Shown here one piece after another: positions 20,470 through 30,649 of a stretch of DNA of 64,000 nucleotides. The notes beneath the pieces are model-generated. The model had not been told where the DNA came from. It did not search any database and saw only the letters and a program-made list of their open reading frames with translations. Source of the stretch: Macrostomum lignano (Eukaryota). Location of the stretch: assembly GCA_002269645.1 (NCBI GenBank), contig NIVC01000645.1, forward strand, positions 231,719-295,718. Direction: 5' to 3'. The translations under genes were made by a program, and so were the position numbers. How positions within the stretch are numbered: position 1 is the first letter of the stretch; each line of letters opens with the position of its first letter.

Positions 20470-20899
20470 TGAATATGATGATGACCTTGATTTCGATCCA
20501 TTCTCTGACCCATCGATTCTACCTTGACCTATTTTTAAACCCATCTATTCGACCCACTCTGACCCATCAACTTGCTGATCTCTGTGGTGTTCAGCATGTA
20601 CTTTCTCGCTCGAACGAAAGCGCCCACGTGTAAATAGTATGTATCACAAGAAAGTGCATTAGTTTTAAGCGCCTGCACACACAGTGTAGTCACGTGTAAA
20701 AATGGTGACTTATTATAAAGTTTTATAAAATTTTAATACCGGAACTTTCTACTTCCGCAGCTTCTTATAATTGTGTCTTAATTATCGCCGCGTACTCGAG
20801 CGGTGCTGCGCTGCGGCGTTGTTGATTTCTGCTCTTCCTTAAGTTTTCTTTGTTTGTTTTGAGACTGCACTCGTGTTAGCTCGTATTAAAGAAATTGGT

Positions 20900-21590
20900 C
20901 CCTCCTCTCGGTCAAGCCCTTCTTACAAATGTACATTATCTACCCCCCGTTTCTCTGTCTCTCCTATCGGTCAAGCCCCTTTTTACAAATGTACATTATC
21001 TACCCCGCCCCGTTTCTGTCTCTCCTATCGGTCAAGCCCTTCTTACAAATGTACATTATCTACCCCGCCCCGTTTCTGTCTCTCCTATCGGTCAAGCCCT
21101 TCTTACAAATGTACATTATCTACCCCGCCCCGTTTCTCTGTCTCTCCTATCGGTCAAGCCCCTTCTTACAAATGTACATTATCTACCCCGCCCCGTTTCT
21201 GTCTCTCCTATCGGTCAAGCCCTTCTTACAAATGTACATTATCTACCCCGCCCCGTTTCTGTCTCTCCTATCGGTCAAGCCCTTCTTACAAATGTACATT
21301 ATCTACCCCGCCCCGTTTCTCTGTCTCTCCTATCGGTCAAGCCCCTTCTTACAAATGTACATTATCTACCCCGCCCCGTTTCTCTGTCTTTCCTATCGGT
21401 CAAGCCCTTCTTACAAAATGTACATTATCTACCCCGCCCCGTTTCTCTGTCTCTCCTATCGGTCAAGCCCCTTCTTTCAAATGTACATTATCTACCCCGC
21501 CCCGTTTCTCTGTCTTTCCTATCGGTCAAGCCCTTCTTACAAAATGTACATTGCCTACTCCCCTGTTTCTCTGTCTCTGCTCCCGGTCAA
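20900..21590. repeat. 60-62-bp tandem repeat (tcctatcggtcaagcccttcttacaaatgtacattatctaccccgccccgtttctgtctc)
   Basis: About 11 copies. Confidence 0.95.
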
Positions 21591-22192
21591 GCCATTCTTA
21601 TTGCAGTTTTAATAAAAGTACATTTAGTCGAAAAAACGCTTTGGAATTAAAAATCAGTACGCAGAAAACAAACTGCTGTTTTAAGGGTTGAGCTCTGGTT
21701 GGTAAAACTGCTATTTAACACGGAGTTCTGTATTTCAAATGCGGAATAGTTTGCACATGCTACAGCTAAGGCACGCGAAACACAGCGATGAAATTAATGG
21801 GATCAGCAGAGTCCGTATTGCGTCTAAAAGGGACTAAATTTAGCGGCAATGACAGAGACAGTGAAGCAAGGGAAAGCAAATAAGAAATTTAGAAGCAAAT
21901 AAGCCTTCTAAAAAACTAACTACACAGAATCGGGATTGAGAAGCAATGCAGTTTTTAAAAGCGGGATAAAGCAAACGTTCTTCCTTTGGAGACCTCAGCA
22001 CACGGACTAAATGAATGATGTTGCATATTCACGACTCCATGCTTGATAACTGTGATTTTATCGATTTTATCAAAAACTTTAATAGTATACGCTTTGAAAA
22101 ATTCTTCTCTTATTAATACCAAAAAGTCATGCAGCTTACCTTAGCCACTCACCATCCAGCAACAGACTCCGGTCAACTTCGGTAACTAACAA

Positions 22193-22646
22193 TTAGCCAA
22201 AGCCCTCACCAACAATGCCAAAGATTTTGATCTCGCAGATGGTAAGCACGTCGCCTGCTCGCGTCTGAACTCGCAGTCTCCGGCCTCCAGCACCGCAGGA
22301 AACGTTAAACACGGACTCGGGAGTTGATGTCGAGTAGCTGGCGCACTCGGTGCCGTCCATCAGCAGCTGGAAGTTACCCAGCCTGTGCGGGCAGCAGTCG
22401 GCCCGATTCCACAGGGAGACGAAGTCGACTCGAACCGTGACGTCGAACTGAGCCTCCCACCAGCCATTGTTGTCGTCTGTGGCGGTGCAGCTCCCGCCGT
22501 TCCAGTTCCGATTTGTGTTGCCATCGATTGCTTTGCCGCAGACACTGCCGCTGCTCCAGTCCGAGGACTGCGAACAGGAATTGGCTGACAGCTGGGCTGA
22601 TGCAGCTGAGAGGCTGGGCAGCAGCAGGGCTGCTAGAGTCTGCAAC
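22193..22646 (-). CDS. F-type lectin (fucolectin/FTP domain) exon with signal-peptide-like N-terminus; first exon not located
   Basis: KAIDGNTNRNWNGGSCTAT, WWEAQF, NRADCCPHRLGNF and LTICEIKIFG are typical of the FTP domain. The ORF 'start' is a TTG next to acceptors (actcag|G, ttgcag|A). A phase-1 donor at 22209 could splice to a candidate exon at 21765-21647. Confidence 0.85.
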
Positions 22647-23425
22647 CTGAGTTGTATAGTAAGGGTTTATCAGCAGTGACCTACAGAAATTGTAGATGGT
22701 AGTAGTTAAATTTTAGTAGCTTTTACAGGATGCTACACTTCAAAATGATGCAAATTCGGTGAGTCTTATCAAACTGACGGGAAAAATATTGAGTGGCTTA
22801 GGGCCATAGTCTATAGATAGTAATGTGTTATTGGGTGGTGTAGGCCATAGACTACAGAAAATAATCGGTTAGGTTTACAAAACCGAGTTTCTTGTTCCTT
22901 CTGTTCATGGGACCGGTATAATACGTCAAGAAGAAATTTCTTTTCTACAGTAAATGAGAATGAACAGCGTCAGAACACGTCATTTGATGTTCATTCGTCT
23001 GTTCAGAAGCGTCCTCGCATGACAGCAAGATCGACTGTATGCTTGACTTGACCTAAGCTCTTCTAAAAGAAGTGAGATATGAGGGTCTGGAGTTAGATTG
23101 GGAAGTGGATGTGCTATCCCATGGAAGGGCCGTGATGAAATGCCTCAGTGCACATTTTCTAGTCAACTAGCGTGACAAGTTATCCACTGATATCGAGAAC
23201 AGACAGTTTGCATGGATGAGCCTCAAATTATAAGCCCAAGAGACCGCAAGCAAGGTTTATATTCGTATGAGTCGTATGAGTCAATTAACCAATGCTTAGA
23301 AACTGCGGCGTCAAAATACAACTCCCAAGACAAAAAAGAGCTCTAAGCCATTAGGAGCTTGGAGGAAATGTATCGAAGCATCAGTTTACACCATAGACAG
23401 ATTGAGTTGTTGAAAGCCAGATAAG

Positions 23426-24017
23426 CAGGATGACTCATCCCTGCTCACCCGCGCGTGAAGTGTATTGGCTGCCTGGAGGGAATAAACCGGATGACTCATC
23501 CGCCCAAATATATTTTAGCACACTAAAGCACGTGACTGCGCACGCATACGGTGCGTGGCATCTGACCTTAAGTCACGCCACTGTTGCCTGGCAGGATTGC
23601 CTTATTTGAAAGTTGGCCTTGAAGCACGCCTCTCTTGCATGACTCTGAGGCATGAAACTCGCGTGACTTTTGGGGGTCGCTCGGCTATAAATACGGAGCA
23701 CCTGGGAGCTGTTTTTCCTCAGACGCGTTCCCCGGAGGACCGGAGTTTCCTCCCTGCCTCCGCCTGCAAGGAGCTCCACTTCTCTCATTTCAGGCTTACA
23801 AGTTTTCAGGTTCGAGCAGCAATTTTAGGAACTTTGCCGATCAACTGTCGAGACATTTTCAGATTTGCCTTGCTCCGAGCGACTTCGTCATTTTCTTTCA
23901 GGTTACGGAAAGACAACTCAACCGACAAGTCGAGTCCGCAAACCAAGGTGGCAGCAACCTTACCAAGTCAAAGGCTAACGTTTTAGGTTTCTTTTAGGCA
24001 AATCGATAGGTAGTACA
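23426..24017 (+). mobile_element. LTR fragment homologous to the 3' two-thirds of the solo LTR at 29259-30108
   Basis: Alignable by eye from gcaggatgactcatc through ggctataaatacggagca to ggcaaatcgatagg. The 5' end and TSD were not identified. Confidence 0.7.
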
Positions 24018-24837
24018 GAGGTACTATCTAGCAATTTCCGGAGCAGCGAGTTCATTTTAGGTACACTGACAGAACTCGGGAAGGAGCGTAACAAATTCGA
24101 GAAGATCATAGTGAGGACAGAAAGCCGGAGCACTTTATCCAGTTCATCAGCCACTTTAGTCGTACTGACGATGACGACGTCATGTCAGTGGAGCTGCCTG
24201 CCGACAGTAGATTGTGACAATGCCAATGTGAACGCTTCAACTTGTTGCTAGGGAGAGCGGTCCGGTCGATACGATGTAAATTGATTCTCTGCCTAAAGTC
24301 AACTCGAGAACAAATTGAATTGCATGGGCAAAGGTTCTCTGAATTTACGATGCTTAAGCTGGGTTACTCAGTGAAGTCTGAAACTGGATATGGTTCTGCA
24401 TGCGGATCAGTGTTAAATAGTTTAAAAAAACAATTGGATTTTGCAACGTTCAGCACTTCGACCGGTCTAATGGTGAACGACTGCGAGAAATGACCACATT
24501 CACTCTGCTGTACGCACTGGATGAAAGAGGACACGGACATCCCAAGCAGTTACGCGGTAAATATAGTCTCATTGAAAAGACCAATAGTTACGGGAAGTCG
24601 TATTACGAATTTCAATCCTCGGCGTTTCAATCCTGGGAAGACCCTGTCAGGTCTGTATCCATTGGCCTTTGCCATCTGTAACTGAAGATGACGCCAGCAT
24701 CTATTCTCAAGTAAGCAAGTACTGCGACATAAACTGGCGAAACACGTTCGTGCAGCCGATCACTGTGCAAGGTATACAACCGAAGCATGCTGTATTCAAG
24801 CCACTGTTACTCGCAGTTCCGATCTAAAAGATGCAGG

Positions 24838-25827
24838 TGAAATAGAATGGGTTTTCTCGGGGTTTAGGCGCTTAAGATTACCTTAAGACTCGAGCCTCTT
24901 CAGTGGGAAATTCTCTCAACTCTCAGTAGCGTAGGTAGTGCTGCCACCAGTTCCTTCAGGTCTCGGCCTTCGATGAGGTGAGCTTCCCGTCGGAACGAAA
25001 TAAACAAGTCAACGAACTCAGCACAGCGTGCAGATTTGCAGATTAATGAACAAGGCGTCCTGATCAGCAGATCCCCGCCGGGCTCAGGGGTGGCTGGGAA
25101 GGTAGTGTTAGCCTCCCTTAGGCTTGGGCTTTAGTGGGGTCTCAGTCAGACCAGTACAAACGGATTCAGTACGCAAAGGGCACTTAGTTAGACACTGACG
25201 CACACGGGATCTTAGTGAATTCTCCGCAGATAAGAAGCCAATCCTTGACGGAAACAAGGGGAGAGGGGTCCTATTTATAGCCGGGAAACACCCACGCACA
25301 AGACCTCGTGACTTGTTCTATTTTTAGAACTGACGTCACTTGAGGTCTCGGGGCAGGGTCTCAGTGCGCGCAAGACCTCGTGACTCGTTCTATTTTTAGA
25401 ACTGACGTCACTTGAGGTCTCCGGCCAGAGTACACGCGGCTGTGACTCAGTTGCTATTTTTAGCAACATGAGTCACTCCTCTCCTTAGAGAAGGGAGGGT
25501 TCCGAAAGCACGTGATTCTCCCGGTAAACAGGGCCAACGAGTGCAGTAAACATGTTTACTGCACTTTAGGACTCGAAGAACGCAGAGTCTGTCATGTGAC
25601 TTGCTCACATGACAGAGGAAAACGGGACGGGAACGAAACAGAGACAGCCCACAGCAGATAAGCTAAGGGCTGAGAACAGAGACGCAGAAGGGCAGAACAG
25701 GCCAAGGGCAGCAACAGACGGGCCAAGGGGGGCGGGAAGCTGACCAGCGGCAGACAGCAACCCAGGGCGAGGGCGAGGGAGACTGCTGACAAGTGGGATG
25801 CCTAACATCAACTAGTGGATCACTACA
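24838..25827 (-). mobile_element. LTR-like element of a related family (about 1 kb)
   Basis: On minus it begins TGTAGTGA, the same 8 nt as the solo LTR, and carries ggctataaata at 25282-25272. A candidate TSD CAGG flanks 24838/25827. An alternative left end (TGTTA) lies at 24805. Confidence 0.55.
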
Positions 25828-26189
25828 CAGGGTACAAAGTTTCCGACATTATAGGAGCATTACTGGCCAGCAAACGGGATCTACAGTGCGGTGGTATCTC
25901 TCTCGGAAGCGTGACAATGCCACTCGAGACATGGCAACCAGTGTGGGTGCTACATGTGGGTGGTTCGAAGGCCTGAAGCAGTGATACTACCGTCTCAACT
26001 AGCATCAGTAAAAGTGTCATCAACCGAGAGACAAGGACTATTCATGAGAATGCAAGTGCTTCACTGCTCTCCAACTGACAGTTCTTAAATACACTATTGG
26101 TTTTATCTAGGAGTGAGGTTTGACATGACATTAATAAGTGCGTATATCAATAGTTGGAGTTGGTCTGTTTTTTACTACAGCTGCTCTAA

Positions 26190-26396
26190 TTGGGCAGATG
26201 TGCAACCGACAGCTCAGCCGCAGCTATTGCGTGGCGCATTTGAAGGCTGCGTACGGCTGTTCAGTCCGCAATGACTGGGGCCCGGGGTCGCCACCCTCAC
26301 CCTCAATTACCCCCAGCTAATGCTGGCACCCATTTTACAGCTGGGTAAACTGAAGCAATGCAGTGTTAAGTGTCTTGCTCAAGGACACAAATTGTT
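26190..26396 (-). mobile_element. 5'-truncated copy of the same SINE
   Basis: Near-identical to 36408-36600 (gcagatgtgcaaccgacagctcagccgcagc...gacacaaattgtt). The tRNA head is missing. Confidence 0.8.
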
Positions 26397-28189
26397 CACG
26401 CCTTGTTTCAGACAAGAGGTTTCCGTTTCTGTCCAGTTCTTCACTATTTGTCTAGTCCAATTCTACCTGTTCGCTACTGAATTCTATCTTTCAACTGTGT
26501 GGCTGAACTTGTGCAACCAATAGCAACTAAGTTAACGAGAAACTAGCACAGATCCCAATACCCGGCACTGTACCCGGCAGGATCTGCTGACAGAGCGTGC
26601 ACCGGTGCGAGCTGTCAAATCTGCACGGAGTGCTGAGTTCCCGCGTCTCGTTTATTTGCTCAATCTGGAGTCTCCCTCATGGAAGGCCAAGCCCCGAGTG
26701 AGCTGGTGGCACCTACGCTACGAGTAACGATTTCTAAGAAACGGGTCTCTCTAGAAGGCGCCGATTAGGGCTCAGGAGATCTACCGAGTCATTCCAAGCG
26801 AGAAGCCTGTACAACATTGGTGGCAACGGCCGGAGCCTGAGACTGGCCATTCAACGACCTGGGAACCACAAGCACTTCAGAAGAGTAGATCAAATTGACG
26901 CTAGCGTAAACAATGAGAGGCCCTGAGCCCGCTTCATCATTTCAGCCAGCCAGCCTCACCCTGGCCCGGGATCAACAACGGCTGCGGACCCCCTCCCCCC
27001 ACCCCCTGGCAATGGGATCAAGCCGGCCGGGAGACAACAGGGAGCTGGAGAGAGGGCCCAGACCCCTCCGGTAGATGAGCAGAAAAACAAACGTACCGTT
27101 GACGGTGAAGAACTAAGAGTACTGAGAGACAGAAACTTTGAAAATGGGAGAACTGCATATCGTAACTCAACCAATGCGGTAAACCCCCCCTCTGCCACCC
27201 CTGCGAGGGGAGAGAGGATCCCCCTAGCAACTAGCTAGTTTATCGCTTTTGGGCTACACTTTATCAGGGGCTGCGTCCCAACTCAAAAACATTGCGAGTG
27301 GGTACTGTGGAAAGACACACCAAGGATGATATATAACAACTATATTATAGTTGGGACGACTTATACGAGCCTAAGGCTACTAAAAATGCGTTTATGAGAC
27401 AATGTGCTTGTGCATATGGTTTTGTCATAGACAATGATTAATTTTAGTCTCTCGTGGCCACTCGTCAAAAATTAATCATTCTCTACCTCAAAACCGAAAC
27501 CTATATATACAATCTATACCAGTATTATCATTATTATCATCAGTTATTCCAAGCTGAGCTGGCTATCCCAGCTGCACCCAAGTGATGGAGCGAATCACGA
27601 GCCGAGCCACAATAGCCGGAATCCGCCTACCTTTCTGCGATGAGCATTCTGTGGAGACAATAAAAGCCATGAGTCTTCACATGCTTGCATCCTTAGTTAG
27701 TGCTTATCATGGATCTCGAGTGACTCATTCTAATGTGTTCATGTGAATCGACTTTCACACTGAAGGCATTCTCGTTTGTTAGTAGTTTCTACTGTTCATG
27801 ACTCCGTTGTATTTTCCCGTGATGTTCACGTTAGTGCTGTTAGTATTGGAATTTTGCTAATGAGGAGTTGATTGCCTAGTGATTGGCGGAACATGTCGCT
27901 TCTATAATAATATGAACAACTTTTAGTTATTACAGTTCCTCACGTTTGCTGTGTATATCCTTCATGTCATTTATAGCGTTATACAGTCGAATAGGAGGGA
28001 TCGGGAATCTCCAGGACTCATTTGACAACAGCGCAACGCTTCACACTACTGAAAAGTTTTTACTGAAATTATTTTTCACTACTGCATTTGATTCTATGGC
28101 TTTGCCTATATTCACTCAGTGGCCCATGTGGAGAATATAGGATCTATGATGACTCAAAATAAATAGCACCCAAGTGGTCGAACTTCTAA

Positions 28190-28680
28190 CAAGTATTGGG
28201 TAGTGTAAACTACAGATATTCATGGAGTATTGGGTGGTGTGGGCCATAGACTACAGATATTCATGGGTTATCGGGTGGTGTGGGCTATAGACTACAGATG
28301 TTCATGGGTTATCGGGTGGTGTGGGCCATAGACTACATATATTCATGGGTTATCGGGTGGTGTGGGCCATAGACCACAGATATTCATGGGTTATCGGGTG
28401 GTGTGGGCCATAGACTACATATATTCATGGGTTATCGGGTGGTGTGGGCCATAGACTACATATATTCATGGGTTATTGGGTGGTGTGGGCCATAGACCAC
28501 AGATATTCATGGGTTATCGGGTGGTATGGGCCATAGACCACAGATATTCATGGGTTTTCAGTTGTTGTGGGCCATAGAACACAGATATTCATGGAGTATT
28601 GGGTGGTGTGGGGCCTAGACTACAGATATTCATGGGGTATTGGCTGGTGTGGGCCATAGAGTGCTGATATTAATGGAATA
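28190..28680. repeat. 41-bp minisatellite (gggccatagactacagatattcatgggttatcgggtggtgt)
   Basis: About 11 copies; related monomers at 22795-22865. Confidence 0.93.
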
Positions 28681-29258
28681 GGTTTACACCATGACCCACT
28701 GCATGGGATGTCAAATATTTCACCGAATCATCTTACCATAGCAGTTTTATAATTTTCAAGCGCGAAGCCATTCTTTCTGCCGATTTCTATAATAAGTTAA
28801 ATTTTACTCCCATCCTAAAAGCGCTCAAATCTTGCACGAAGCAGGCAGGAATTTTCAAGAAATAGGAATTAGAAAGTGGATGGCTTTGGATTGGCTAATC
28901 CAGATCGCATCCAACAGCAATGAGTGAGTGATCATTTTACGCACAACTGACAGGCAAGGTCTGGAGCGCCATCCTATTTGGAAAAATATCCTGCTTGAAT
29001 CTGAAGCTAAACCAAATTCTACAGCCTCAAATAAATGTTATGCAATCGAATTTTATCTTCAATCTTTAGACCATCACTAGCAATCTTCGCCCCCCCGATG
29101 GGGGACATCTAGATAGAATTTCTGTTCTCTACAAGTAACATAAAGACAGCAAAATAAAGCCTTCACAAATACAACAGACATTCCCTCTAAACATAAAACA
29201 TCCCAAGACGGCAAGCATCCCCCAAATAGCAAGCACCCCCTCTAAATACAATAGCAAG

Positions 29259-30108
29259 TGTAGTGACTGGCTGCTAACTGGCTATTCAGCAGCATTCACT
29301 AGCTTCCCTTAAGAGTGCTGTGATCCGCTGCACAGTATCTCAGTCCACCTGAGCTAGTGAGAGAGTTACCCTGTGCTGGGCCTAAGTGTTTACTGCCCGA
29401 TGACTCATCGCCTGAGCGGGCGCGGGCAGCCACACTCAATGTCTTCCCACTCGCGCTGAGGAGGCGTAGCAGGATGACTCATCACCTGAGCGGAGTGTAA
29501 GGGCTGCCTAGAGGGAGTAAACAGGATGACTCATCCGCCCACGGTTCTATTTTTAGCACAGACTAAGCACGTGACTGTGCACGCACACTGTGCGTGGCCA
29601 CTGACCTTGAGTCACGCCACTGCTGCGTGACAGGGTTGCCTTATTTGGAAGTTGGCCTTGGATCACGCGTCGTTCGCATGATTCCAATGCCCAAATAAGG
29701 AAGTTTCACGCGCTCACCGCATGAAACTCACGTGACTTTTGGGGGTCCGCTCGGCTATAAATACGGAGCATCTGCGAGCCATTTTTCTCCAGACTGCGTC
29801 GTCTCGCGGAGCATTGTGGCTAACTCGTGAAGCCTCTGCCTCCGAGCTCTCCTCTCTCATTTCAGGTTTTTCAGGTTTTCAGGTCCGAGCAGCATTCAAC
29901 TAAGACGATTGACTGTCGAGACATTTTCCAGATTTGGCCTTTGCTCCGAGTGTCGTCGTTAATTTTATTTCAGGTTACGGATAGACAACTCTGCCGATGC
30001 GTCGAGTCCGCACACCAAGGTGGCAGCAACCCTACCAAGTCAAGGCTAACGTTTTAGGTTCATTTTCAGGCAAATCGATAGGACCGAAGCAAAGGGCGGA
30101 TCTTTACA
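29259..30108 (+). mobile_element. Solo LTR (850 bp), TGTA...TACA termini, 4-bp TSD CAAG
   Basis: Left junction atagCAAG|TGTAGTGAC; right junction tctttACA|CAAGcacc. Internal TATAAATA at 29756. It interrupts a ccccagatagcaagcat-type repeat that resumes on the right. Its 3' part is homologous to 23426-24012. Confidence 0.8.
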
Positions 30109-30109
30109 C

Positions 30110-30600
30110 AAGCACCCCAAATACAATAGCAAGAAGCACCTCCCAGATAGCAAGCAACACCCAGATAGCAACCCCTCCCCCCAAGATAGCATGTACCCCC
30201 CTCCTCCAAGAGCAAGCCTCTTTGCCTCCCCAATATCAAGCATCCCCAGACAGCATGCAAGCGTCCCCCAGATAGCAAGAATCCCCCAGATAGCAAGCAA
30301 CCCCAGATAGCAAGCATCCCCCAGATAGCAAGGATCCCCCGATAGCAAGCATCCCCCAGATAGCAAGCATCCCCCAGACAGCAAGCATCCCCCGATAGCA
30401 AGCATCCCCCAGATAGCAAGCAGCCCTGGATACAAAGAATCCTTATAGATAGCTATAGCAACCCCCTCTCAGATAGCAAGTACCCTCCACCCCAAGCATC
30501 ATCCAATAGCAAGTTACCCCTGATTGCAAGCATCCTTCCGATAGCAAGCATTCCCCTGATAGCAATAATCTATCCTTAAATAGCAAGCATCCACCAAGAC
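30110..30600. repeat. 18-19-bp minisatellite (ccccagatagcaagcat)
   Basis: Tandem array; units also occur at 29200-29258, left of the solo LTR. Confidence 0.9.
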
Positions 30601-30649
30601 AAGAAATAGCTAGTGCAACAATATCCTTAGCATTATAGTGGCTCCATTA

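Larger units (their letters stand above)
29077..30600 (-). mobile_element. Helitron-like non-autonomous element carrying an 18-19-bp minisatellite, interrupted by the solo LTR
   Basis: The minus-strand end reads CCCCC-atc-GGGGG hairpin, about 10 nt, then CTAG|T, which is the Helitron 3' signature. A second copy starts at 31685. The other terminus was not located. Confidence 0.45.

Noticed and set aside
19328-20544. Minus-strand SGVSL/GSEFI repeat ORFs
   Set aside because: Antisense translation of the 15-bp intron array.
20873-21691. Three long plus-strand ORFs in the 60-bp repeat
   Set aside because: Open in all three frames because the unit lacks stops on that strand; no evidence of coding.
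28190-28680. CRISPR-like appearance of 41-bp and 60-bp arrays
   Set aside because: Units are contiguous with no unique spacers; eukaryotic context; no cas genes.
28843-28995. Imperfect ~22-bp inverted repeats suggesting a MITE
   Set aside because: Several mismatches, no TSD identified, single copy in the window.
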